Below are positions 14,901-25,678 of a stretch of DNA of 26,093 bases, piece by piece. Numbering within the stretch: position 1 is the first letter of the stretch; each line of letters opens with the position of its first letter. This DNA is from Xylographa opegraphella. Its lineage: Eukaryota. The stretch lies in contig JALDZX010000051.1 of NCBI GenBank assembly GCA_022813865.1, positions 124,001-150,093 on the forward strand. The letters run 5' to 3'. A program made the position numbers and the translations under genes. A model generated the notes under the pieces. It was given only the letters and a program-made list of their open reading frames with translations. It was not told the DNA's origin and did no database searches.

Positions 14901-15790
14901 CAAATATGGGCCGAAACACTATGCGCAAGCAGCTTGAAAGGGCGGTTCAGCAACAAACAGAGTACGAAGAGGCTAACAAAACGAAGCTAGCAAGGGCCAG
15001 GGAACTGAGAGAGGCAGAATTGAAGCGAAGGGAAGATGAGAGGCTGGCAGCTGAGCTTTCAGTGAGGGCCGAGAAAGAGAGGTTGGCGAAAGAGAGGCAG
15101 AAGCTTCTGGAGGAAAGTAGAGAGCTGGCAGAAAAGCGGGCAAACGAAGAACGAAGAAAAGAAGAGGCTGAGTGGACCGAGGACAGTGAAGGGCAGAAAG
15201 TCAAACGCAGGAGGAAAGGCAAAGGTGGGGGTGGTGGCAAACGCAAGAAGAAGGGCGAGGATGATACTGGTGACGAGAATGGTACTGATGGTGACGGTGC
15301 GGGAGGCAGCGGACGAAAGCAGCGGCGTGGGAAAAGCACTACAGACGGCAGTGGAGGAGATGGTAGCGAAGACGAGAAGAGGGCACCTAGGAAGAAGCGC
15401 AGGCTGGCGAGAAAGCCAGAAAAGAAGATGAAGAGCAGTGAACTGGTCGTCGACAGTGATAGCGAGGGAGAAGGCGCGGTGATCGTTGGCACACAAGCTA
15501 CTGGCGGAGACACAGGTGGTGCATTCGATCCTGACGCTCTCTCAGACGTTGAGATGGCGGATGCCGACAACGACGAAGAAGAGGACACCGCTGTGCGGCA
15601 GCGGCAACGACACAAGACATCGCGGCGAATAGACGACGACGACGATGATGACGACGAAGAGGGAGACGAAGCAGCAGAGCCTGCGTCACTGAGTAATGGT
15701 AAGGGAAACCTCTTCGCTGATGGCGACAGCCCTCCAACAGCGAACGATGCAGTAGGGGGGGCGGGTGATAGTGAAACGGCTGAGTACTGA
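11978..15790 (+). CDS. CTR9: Paf1 complex TPR subunit Ctr9, ~1237 aa
   Basis: Exons 11978-12838, 12888-14498, 14549-15790 (introns GTGAGT..CTAAC..CAG and GTAAGC..CTAAC..CAG). LPDDPTELCTLLENE, PDPRIGIGCC, TPR arrays, DPRNAYAAQGIGI, a coiled coil, and a basic/acidic tail with KSSELVVDSD. Confidence 0.93.
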
Positions 15791-17809
15791 ATAGTTTGAA
15801 ACTGCTCGTACCGGGTGTGTTTCGGTGCCTTGAGGTAGAGTCAAGATTAGCCTGTGTCTGATACAATCGAAGATACCCATTGAATATTGCTCGATTTTTT
15901 GTATGCTCAATGTGTCTTTGCTCATTCAATGCGTTGATGGGCAAGGTTTTCCATGTGCACTGAGGCTTTACTAGAAGCCAATGAATGCACTACTGTGGGT
16001 ATCGCCGGTAGTCTACCAGGACCCTGGACAAACTATGGCTTATCGGGAAGTCCTTTTGAGCGGAAAAGATGTCATTCCTGATCTCAAGTCCCCTACGATC
16101 AGCGCCCTTCTCCGAACACGCCTTCGGTCTCAAGCAAGCAAATCCTGAGCCTCAGTTCCATCTACCGATATACTCTTGATTTCACCATCGGCGGTGCTGT
16201 CAGTACCATCCAATCCATGTTTCCGAGCCGTATTCTTCTTTGAGCTCATCTGGACTCTTGCGGCAAGCTTGGATTCAGGAGGACGCTTTCATCCTGTGAA
16301 ACTGTGGGTCTTCATTCGCGTCTCTGGCACGATGTAGGGGTGGCAATAGGGTACGTTCCTCATTTGATAGATGTTTGGTATCGAGGGAGGACTGATTGCT
16401 TGACCTGGATCTGTAGAGGAGAGTGGGTCTGGATACTAAAAACGAGGCGTGTTTGGTGGCTACGGGGTACGATACAAGTTTCGCCAGAGGGAACTTGGGT
16501 ACGGTAGACGAAGGGGATGGTATTTCAGTTGGGGATAGGAATCGGAGGGATTTGGCAAAACGGCGTGCTTTGTTTTGCGAGCCCTCATGCGCAGCTATGG
16601 GTTTGACCTGATGTTCTACCATGGTTGTGCCAGGGAGTGTAGCACCAGCATGTGAAGATTCTAATACAATACATCCATCCGCTGGGGCTTCCCAAATGGT
16701 CAATGCCCTGCCTCACGCAAGTGTTCTGCTCGAAGCTGATCGAACCACCCGTTCATTCATTCTCTCCCCGAGCTCATCGAGTAAAAGCGAGAAGATACGC
16801 AAGCCGCGCCATGCCCGAGCGTCAGTGTCTGCCCTTTACACTCTCCTGTTCGCGATCACTCACAATCGCACAGCGCACACCAAACGAAGCAGATCTCCTC
16901 GGGACGCTCGATTTTAACATGACTGAACGCAGGCGCTGCCCTGGCTGACGGGGCCTGAATGCATCGACCGCGCACTTACGATGTCAATTTTATCATCGAG
17001 CAGCTGACTGCGCGATCTGTGCCTTGACAGCATATTCCTCGGCCATGATGCGTTTGGGGAAACTGGAGGGCGACGGTGATTTGGAAAAATCGTCGTAGGG
17101 GCTGATGATGATCAGTGGTACAGGACGAGCGGGAGGAATGCTAGAGGTCATGAGGCTCTGGGAAGACGTGATTGACGGTTGGAAGATCCCCCTTCCTGCG
17201 GAGGACTGTGGAAGCGAGCGAGTAAGGAGAGGAAAATGAACGGTGAAAGCTATGGATGTTCTTGACTTAATCAGGTCGGCGCATTGGAAATAGGTTTTCA
17301 TCTATACCTTTATCATTGGTATAGATCTGCTGGTTATCCTCGTACAGATACTGATCAACATAGGCACACCATCTGAATTCCAAGAGATACTTCAACCCGA
17401 CACCGATAGCCAGATGTCCGTGTAATTCTCACAGCCAAGCTATCGAACCCCAATCCCGACTCTTTAAATCCATCCTTAGTAATCCTGTTGGCTTGGATTT
17501 ACCTTGCTCAAACTGTCTTTGGTGCTGGTATATTCAAGCGGTGGTATTTCAAGGCCGATATGGCACGACAGTAAAAAAAAGTAGACGGGTGTGATCACGC
17601 GCCATGTGGCACTGTGCGTACCCGCCAATGATAATGCAGGTGGCATTGACAAGAAACAAGACGATAGATGCTGGAATGAACAACTCAAAATCCTCTTCCC
17701 GCTAAAGCGCCCGCCAGGATATCATAATACCCATGTCAAAATAAAATTCCTCCCAGCCGCCAGAGTATGCCAAGAGACTTTGCAGATACTACCCAACAAA
17801 CTGCGGCTG

Positions 17810-20131
17810 TTACGATAGAAAACGTTCTGGGAGACTTTGTATCTCCTTGAACTTGTCCTTGAATAGTCGCTTGTCTTCCGGAGTGTAAAATTCGATCCTG
17901 ATGGCTTTTATGATCTTGTTGTCACCTTTAGGTCGCGAGGAATTTGTGGAACTGCCGACGGTCGATTCTCGTCTCACCATCGATGTCTTGTCGTCGACCA
18001 GTACATTGAGACCCTTGACCTTGATAGTTCTCTCATCTTCGTCTCGGATACGTAAGGGCGTTTGAGAACTATTGAGATAGAATGCTAAGTACCCATCGTG
18101 GAAATGAGCGGTATAGTGGATCATTGCGAGTACGCCCCCAGTCTGAGGATCTTGGAAAAGACGGAGATTTTCCAGACCACAAAGCTGCTCCGCGAAGGCA
18201 AAGGTGCCCGTGATGCCTTCGTGTATTCGCATAGTTCGCTTGGTTTTGACGGAGAGCAATAGTGTCTTACCCATAAGAGCGCCTTGGAAGGCCGAAGAAG
18301 CTATGGCTGGTTAGTCAAGTCCAAATTTAACCTACTTGCACAATATTTACCTCTTTCATTTTCAAAATTGTAGTTGATCCAAGATGTCTTTGCGCACGAG
18401 ATGGGTTTAGCATCAAGCATAGTGTCGTGGAATTTTAGCTCCACTGGTGCTCGTAACACGACTTTCTTCTCGTTGCCATGTATCGTATACGGAATAAGCT
18501 CGTCGCCTTCAGCAACTGGGACGATTTTAGCAGAGAGCGGTCAGTAAAGGGTAGTTCGTAATACTCTTTTGCTGCAATCTCACACCTCTATCATCACTAA
18601 AAGCCCATATGCTCGTAGTAAAACGCAGTGCACCCGAGGCTAGTTTCTGGGTCCGAGTGATCAGATGGACTTTACAATTCTTGCATGCCTACCGTTGTCC
18701 AGTCAGCGAACCCATTAACAATGTTGCTACAGGTTTCAGAGTTAATCTGTACGAATTGACTCACTTCGACCATCTTCCACTCTCCCGGAATATCCTCGTT
18801 CGGCTGTGTATAGTCAATCATGGTCGCCCGACTATCAGTAGCCAGTATCAGTACACAGAAGCCCCAGCATTTGGACTGACTACTTACACCTCGCACAAAA
18901 TAGCAGCATTTGCGAAGAGACTTCGCTCCAAATCTTCTTGCTCATCCGCAGTAGCGAACTGTACAGGTTGTATAGTCGATTGGGAGCTTCCAAATTCAGC
19001 CAAGTAGGGATAGCTTTGTGATTGACTGCGAGAAGGATCGCTATCCGGCGTCATTGCCGCTTGTGGTAGCATGGTCGGAGAAAGAGGCTCAGGGGATGTC
19101 TCCCGGAATTGAGGGTCTGAAGGTCGGGACGATGTCCTAGGCGAGTAGAGCGTGCCATCATCTGATCTATGTGAGACTCGCCGAGCCTTTTCGTAACTGG
19201 GAGGGTGGTCTTGGAGCCGGTACTGAAATTCAGAACCCAGTATGGTAGATTCTCTACGGCCGAGACCCTGCTGTTTGCTAGTTCTGGAACTCGTTGGAGG
19301 ACTTTGTACTGAAAATTCGGAATCACTGAGCTCGGGTGTCTTTTGGGGAGTCTGCGGGTACTTCGAGCTCGGATACGAGGCGACGCTTCCACGCTCTTTC
19401 CCATCCGAGACCAAAGAATATGTAGGCGCCCTCCTTGGCTTGAGCATCGGTGAGCCTGAAGAAGACCGTCGCGAGTGAACGCTCTCTGTTGTTGAGGGCC
19501 AAATCATAGGAGAGCTCTGCTGCATACCGGCTTGGAGCGACAGCATTACCAAATGTATCTCATCAATCTTAACGTCAAGATCTCCATTTAACCTATTGTG
19601 CATTTCGTTGATCTGATCGGCCACGGGTTCAATAACTTTCTCCAGTCGTGATAAGGACCGACTTTGTAGTGCCTGCATCGTCAGTGAAATGCTTTGTGTA
19701 TGCATCGCTAGCATGTTTCGTAACGATTGAATGCTCCCGCCTTCAGTGGTCCACATGATTGTCTTGTAGTTCTTCAGGAGTACCGACCGCCATGACTTCT
19801 GTGTGGCCAATCCACCGGTCTCATCAGGTCGACGTACTTCTTGGTACTGGCTAACAAAGGAGTCGAGGTTGTCGAGGGTTTGCCTACAGCAACCAAGGAT
19901 CCTGTCCAGACCCTCCCGTGTCCTTTCATCCGTCCGCGCGAGTAGACTCCCATCCTCGTCCAAGCTCTCCGCGAGAAGGGTGATGGCGGTAGTAAGACTT
20001 TTCAGTTCATTTTCGACCTCTTGGAATTGAGCAGGAGCACCGGCTCTCCCAGCGGTGAAAGCGCATCCAATCTTCCATGCCATCTGGGAGAGCATCAAGA
20101 TGTCGCCGATAGAGGGCGTGGGGAACGCCAT
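17810..20131 (-). CDS. Uncharacterised protein, ~696 aa: HeLo-like/SesA-type N-terminal helical domain, Ser/Pro-rich linker, beta-rich (possibly PH-like) C-terminus
   Basis: Exons (minus) 20131-18888, 18831-18765, 18688-18565, 18515-18351, 18300-17810. All four introns are GT-AG with branch sites, and the phases join ORFs 18884..20131, 18672..18896 and 17810..18274. The N-terminus SIGDILMLSQMAWKI...APAQFQEVENELKSL...ILGCCRQTLDNLD...IMW fits the fungal HeLo-like pattern. The gene model is more secure than the domain call. Confidence 0.8.
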
Positions 20132-20954
20132 TGCGGGGACTTATCGTGGGGTAGATGGGGAGGTATTTGGGGGGGGTTCGCGGCAAGACCCGCTGTTCAG
20201 GAGGGCGGCATTCGTCGCGAAGCACAATGGATAGCGACCAAAGCAGATCGCGAATGGCAGTACAAGCAGTAGCTTCTCTGTAAGAACTCCGCTGTCAGAA
20301 GATGGAGACATCTGAAGGTGAGGTAATTCTTCTGGTTCACAGCTGCCATGGGGCTACATGGCCCGTGCCGAGAGTGAGGCTGAAGGGGTTCTCTGCGCCT
20401 CGCTCATGGTGAAGGCACTGCAGAGAGAGAGAGACATCACCCTTCGCCTTCGGGGTTAGGGGGTGCGTAGGCAGGAAGTCGCTGCCTCAGTCGATTGAAT
20501 CATGTAGCGGATCCCACGTGGGGTGCGTTGATGTGCTGATTGGTCCGAACAAGCCTCATCGTCCTGGGCGGAGGTACGCCGTGCAACACGAGAGCTTGAT
20601 ACAAGAGCTCGACGGACATCGATGGATTTGTAGAATGTGACTGGAGGTGGTCCAAGGCTGTGTGTCCAGTGATGGCCAACGACCGGGCCAGCTATACGCA
20701 AAGGTCTGTTCCGAGGTCATGGCTATGGGAAAGTTGTCTAATATTGGTTCGAGGAATGATGGCCGCCCTACTCTAGCGCGGTCGACAAAGCTGCTACTGA
20801 GAGCTACTAGGAGTTAGGACTAGGGCTCACGGGCTACAACCGACGAATGAATGGTCTTCCGGCAAGACCAACTTCAGCTCTCGCCGTGTTTCCTGTGTTT
20901 CTATTTCACTTTCTGATGCTGGGTACAGCACGGAGCGTTTGAAGTTTTGCCATC

Positions 20955-21248
20955 ATGTCATACTCTAATCGCGACGAGGCCTATGTTTACATCGTGACCT
21001 CACTCGTGGATAGCCAGCACGGTCAAGACTATGACGTCCAAGCCGTTTTGAAGGTCGGGAAGCCGCCAACGACTATGCCAAGGCTTGATTGGAAGACTCC
21101 TGGAGTCTCGACGAAGACTCGTTCGAGGAGTACGAAGAATCCTACTTGGAAGAACGGTACCCTGTTCATTCGAGCTGTTGGAGGGGAGGACGATATGTTC
21201 GAGATCAAGGTGCTGAAGAAAGAGTATCGAACGGCTCGCAAAGCTTAG
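20955..21248 (+). CDS. Small 97-aa ORF, probably a gene or pseudogene with two compensating frameshifts
   Basis: Good start context (gccatcATG). The ends look like folded protein (YVYIVTS; NGTLFIRAVGGEDDMFEIKVLKK). The middle reads better in the -1 frame: FEGREAANDYAKA*LEDSWSLDEDSFEEYEESY. Confidence 0.55.
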   Translation: MSYSNRDEAYVYIVTSLVDSQHGQDYDVQAVLKVGKPPTTMPRLDWKTPGVSTKTRSRSTKNPTWKNGTLFIRAVGGEDDMFEIKVLKKEYRTARKA

Positions 21249-21889
21249 GATAAGGACAGGGCCTACGTACATAGCACTGCTGAAGATGCACCTAGCCGTC
21301 TCAGTAGACACGCGATAGATGAGGCAGAGAATTGCAACATTAAGGGTGTCTTTGAGCTGTCGGCCAATATACTGGAGTGGAGCTTGGCGCTGGCTCTAAG
21401 AAGCGAACTGGACTTCCACCATAGATATTGTTGGAGAGTACTGGATAGATATGTCGTTACGCTTGACGGTCAGATTGTCAGTGGAGAAAGTCCTTGCATT
21501 GATCATCTGGATGTCGAGATGATTTGATACTATGGTGCCTCGACAAACGATGCGACTCGAGAGAAGTGTGCGTCGCCAAGTCAGCCAATCACAACCATTG
21601 CGCTGCATCATCGCCAAGAATTTTAGGGCTGTGGCTCTTGACGTTTGCGCCCCTCCATCGGGACTAAGCGAGGCATCCAAAAGTCTGCTGAGAAAAAGAT
21701 TCGCACTTGATCATAAAGAAAAGTCCCAGTCTGAAGAGCAAAGCTGCGGTCTGTAGCCTCTTTCTATTCCTCGGATTATATTCTGTACGGACTCAGCGGG
21801 TTTCACTGCAACAATCTCCACTTGGTCGCCAAAAGTGCCCCCCACCAACAAATCACCACGACCTGAATCATCAGTGCGGCTCATACATC

Positions 21890-23901
21890 ATGGTGTCCTC
21901 ATCCAAAGCAGCTCGACAGGCCAAGCGAGCTGAGGCTGGTACTGATAAGAAAAAGACCCCAACCTCGAAGCTCTCATCAAAGGCAGCGTCCCAGAATGCT
22001 TCGACCGCCTCGTCAGTCAATGGCGATGAGACCCCTCCACTGCTCGATGGAGATGGGAATGCTCTACCGGATGACGACCAAGCAGCGACCACTCAAGCAA
22101 AGATGTCTGATGTCAAGAAACTCACCGATCAACTGGACAAACATGGCCTGTCGGATCGAGTCACCACCGGTGTTCTTGCATCTTTGGCCGCAAGCAAAGA
22201 CGTTAAAATAACGTCAGTTTCTCTCGTCTTCCACGGCAAAGTACTCATAACAGACACAACATTGGAACTCAACTATGGTCGAAGATATGGGCTACTCGGA
22301 GAGAACGGTTGCGGAAAGTCAACATTACTCAAAGCAATCGACAAGCGGGAATACCCGATACCAGAGCAGGTCGATATCTACCTGTTGAACGAGGGTGCAC
22401 CTCCTAGTGATCTAGGAGCCCTGGAGTGGGTCGTAAAAGAAGCGGAGAACGAGATGGCCAGACTGGACAAGCTGGCAGAAGACATACTGGAGCGAGACGG
22501 CCCAGAAAGCCCTGTGCTTGAAGATCTCTATGAGGTGAGCGATTTTGTTCTCTGATTTGCGAAAAAATACTGAAATTTCTAGCGCATGGAAACCATGGAT
22601 CCATCCACCTTTCAGACCAGGGCATCCCTCATCCTCACTGGTCTAGGATTCAATAAGACAACTATTCACAAGAAGACAAAGGATATGTCTGGTGGTTGGC
22701 GTATGCGAGTCGCCCTTGCCAAGGCTCTTTTCGTCAAACCCTCTCTTCTCCTTCTCGACGACCCTACAGCACATTTGGATCTTGAGGCTTGCGTGTGGCT
22801 GGAAGAGTACTTGAAGAAATGGGACCGCACTTTGATCCTCGTATCCCACAGTATGGACTTCTTGAACGGAGTGTGTACGAACATGATTGATATGCGCATG
22901 AAGAAACTCATTTACTACGGTGGAAACTACGATTCATATATAAAGACACGCTCCGAACAGGAAACGAACCAAATGAAGGCGTACGCGAAACAGCAAGATG
23001 AAATAACCCACATCAAGAAGTTCATTGCTTCCGCGGGTACATACGCCAACTTGGTTCGCCAAGCCAAGTCGAGACAGAAGATCCTGGACAAGATGGAGGC
23101 AGATGGCTTTATTCAGCCCGTCCACCAAGACCGGGTTTTCACCTTTAGATTTGCTGATGTTGAGAAACTTCCACCCCCGGTTCTTTCGTTTGATGATGTC
23201 AGCTTCGGGTACTCTGGGGATCCCAAGGACGACTTGTATAAAAATCTTGACCTCGGTGTAGATATGGACTCCCGAACCGCACTGGTCGGACCCAACGGTG
23301 TCGGGAAATCCACACTTCTTCGACTCATGACGGGAAAGCTGTCTGCAAGATTAGGTGTCGTGTCACGACACTCCCATTTAAAGCTCGGCATGTACAGCCA
23401 ACACTCTGCTGAGCAGCTTGACCTCACTAAATCAGCGCTGGACTTTGTGCGCGATAAATATAGCGACAAAAGTCAAGACTACCAATACTGGCGTCAGCAA
23501 TTGGGAAGATACGGTTTATCTGGAGAGTCTCAAACAGCGCTGATGGGCACGCTATCAGAAGGCCAGAAGAGTCGAATCGTCTTCGCTCTTCTAGCCATTG
23601 ATAGCCCGAACATGTTGCTGTTGGACGAACCGACGAACGGCTTGGATATTCCTACAATAGATTCATTGGCTGATGCCATCAACGCTTTCAGCGGAGGTGT
23701 CGTGGTGGTTTCTCACGATTTCCGGTATGTTCAAACGAGTGCCTGTCGTCGATGGCCCAGCTAACACCCGCTAGACTTCTTGACAAAATTGCAAAGGACA
23801 TTATGGTGTGCGAGAACAAAACTATACGACGGTGGGACGGGTCGATTGGGGAGTATAAGAACTATCTCCGGAAGAAGATGGTCACCATGGGACAGGTTTA
23901 A
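21890..23901 (+). CDS. ARB1: ABC-F ATPase Arb1/ABCF2 (ribosome biogenesis and quality control), ~637 aa
   Basis: Exons 21890-22534, 22583-23724, 23775-23901. Two NBDs and no TM domain: [47 protein letters not shown]. Linker [20 protein letters not shown] is characteristic. Confidence 0.94.
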
Positions 23902-24277
23902 GGATATGAGAGGCGCATGGCAGAGTCACAAGAACGACAGACGGGCTTCGGCTTGCGAGACGCTGTAGAGTTCCCAGACGCTGTAGAGTCGTGATTACGG
24001 TGCCCCGCATGTGTCCTCGACGAGATGTTAATGCATACGATGTCTGGATGGAAGGGTGTTTTGATGTCACTTAGAGGCGTTTTAGAGGATTTGATACCAA
24101 TAGAAAAGTCTTGAACCACCAACGTTGCTGCATGCCATCGTGAAGCCATCCCGCATGCACACCAGTCGTGATTCATACCCCATCGTGCCCCATCGGCTAT
24201 CTATCCATTCCTTACACCACCCTACAGCCCAACCCGTACCCACCCCAGCTATTCCTCACGCTCCGACACCAAACCCC

Positions 24278-25678
24278 TCACACCCCCGCCCCCCACGCCA
24301 CCCACCGCCTCACCACCTCATCCACAGCCCGCAACCCCTCCCTCGAACCCTGCACCTCGAACCACTCGCGATGCTCCTTCGCACAGCCAGCACACAGCCT
24401 CCTGACGCGCATCTCCGCGAGCTCCAGATGAACGAGCCGCTCGACGCGCGCCACGCGCGGGACTTTGCGCGGGTAGGCGACCTCAGTGGCCCCGGAGCTG
24501 GCGGGGAGCGGCGGCGGCGGCGCGGACGGGTGGTAGGGGTAGTACCGGACGAGGGAGAGGTGGTAGCCGCACTGGCGGGTCCACTCGTTCAGGCGGCGGG
24601 TGACGTTGGAGGCGCGGCCGATTTTGAGCATGAGGGTGGGCGGGGAGGGGCGGAGCGTGGCGCCGGTAAGGGGACTGGGAGAGGGGGGTGCGGAGAGGAG
24701 GGAGGAGGCCATGGAGGGGGAGGGGGCTGGGGTCGAGTCCGGGGTCAGCCAGAACATGTAGATGTAGCCTGGTTCGGAGAAGGGCGGGAGCGGTTTGGCG
24801 AGCTCGGCGAGGAGGAGGGATGTTGTTTGTGGGTTGAGGTGAGGTGGGATGAGGGCGAGGAGGGTGTGCGTTTGGGAGCGTGGTGGGGATTCTTGGGCGA
24901 GGAGGGGCCGTCTGTCAGGGTTGGGGCATGTCGGCGGATATGAGAGGTCGGAAGGTCGCGCTGGCGGCGAGTGCGGGGCTGCGGAGGGTAGATTCCTCGA
25001 GTGGGGGTTGCGTGTTTGAGCCATCTCCGGTGGGGGCTTTGCTGATGCTGTGGTCCTGATACGAGGCGGGGGGTTCTGCGCTTCTTCGAGGTCTGGTCCT
25101 CGGATGCAGAAGAAGAGGGAGAGGTGGAAGATCAATGATCCATTCGCTCGCCGACGTTGACGTGGCTGCGCCACTGAAGGTATTGGCACCTTCTCGTGGG
25201 TGTGCAAAGGCTCTTCAGATACTGCGATCCGTGACCCAGGCGTCCTCTGCTCCTGCTTGGGCAAAGTGCTTCGATCCGCGTTCCCACGCGCCTGGCCCGT
25301 ATTCTTCTTCGCCTTGCTCCCGCAGCGCTCTTTAATATCCAGTACTCCCAGACGATCCACCAAGGTATCGATACTTGATCTTTTCCTCAGATCCATCGTC
25401 TTCGTCTGGAATCTGCAAGAAGACGTCGGCGCCAACACCTCTGCCTGGTTCTTGTGCCGCCAACAGAAGAAGGCTGCAGCTCCGCCATTCTGACTGTCAC
25501 CATTGGGCAGAGATTCTGGTTGGAGACTCGCAGCCGAAGCAAGAGCCGCTCGAGCCGATACGGCGGTAGAATTCTTGCACCGATTACCGTTCAAAGTGAT
25601 CCCTTTACATGTTGTCGACGGGTCTTTCGAGTCCGATCGAGGCAGACGGGATTCTGGCGTGTTATTGACGAAAGGCAT
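24278..25678 (-). CDS. T5orf172/MUG113 (DUF1766)-family GIY-YIG-like domain protein, 466 aa, single exon
   Basis: GYIYMF...LKIGRASNVTRRLNEWTRQC...VERLVHLEL...CAGCAKEHREWF in the C-terminal half. N-terminal CKGITLNGNRC...FCWRH Cys/His motif. Confidence 0.85.
   Translation of the reverse strand: MPFVNNTPESRLPRSDSKDPSTTCKGITLNGNRCKNSTAVSARAALASAASLQPESLPNGDSQNGGAAAFFCWRHKNQAEVLAPTSSCRFQTKTMDLRKRSSIDTLVDRLGVLDIKERCGSKAKKNTGQARGNADRSTLPKQEQRTPGSRIAVSEEPLHTHEKVPIPSVAQPRQRRRANGSLIFHLSLFFCIRGPDLEEAQNPPPRIRTTASAKPPPEMAQTRNPHSRNLPSAAPHSPPARPSDLSYPPTCPNPDRRPLLAQESPPRSQTHTLLALIPPHLNPQTTSLLLAELAKPLPPFSEPGYIYMFWLTPDSTPAPSPSMASSLLSAPPSPSPLTGATLRPSPPTLMLKIGRASNVTRRLNEWTRQCGYHLSLVRYYPYHPSAPPPPLPASSGATEVAYPRKVPRVARVERLVHLELAEMRVRRLCAGCAKEHREWFEVQGSREGLRAVDEVVRRWVAWGAGV

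Noticed and set aside
14947..15944. Several long minus-strand ORFs (222, 145, 148 aa)
   Set aside because: Shadows of the purine-rich CTR9 tail. The (GAC/GAT)n run near 15632-15656 simply encodes poly-Asp.
18804..18889. GT|GTAAGT donor suggesting a [D2,3] stwintron
   Set aside because: The resulting outer intron would be only about 30 nt with a weak donor; the simple intron already restores the frame.
20420..20840. (AG)n run, a single TTAGGG and TAGG-like repeats
   Set aside because: Too short and degenerate to call a telomeric remnant or mobile element.
21707..21889. Upstream in-frame extension of ARB1
   Set aside because: Starts at a non-ATG codon and looks like leader sequence; MVSSSKAAR at 21890 is the expected start.
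22746..22766. Walker B of Arb1 NBD1 reads LLLLDDPT rather than DEPT
   Set aside because: As I recall, this Asp variant is normal for fungal Arb1, so it is not a lesion specific to this genome. Not verified by alignment.
24125..24943. 272-aa plus-strand ORF
   Set aside because: Antisense shadow of the GC-rich T5orf172 gene; low-complexity translation with a non-ATG start.
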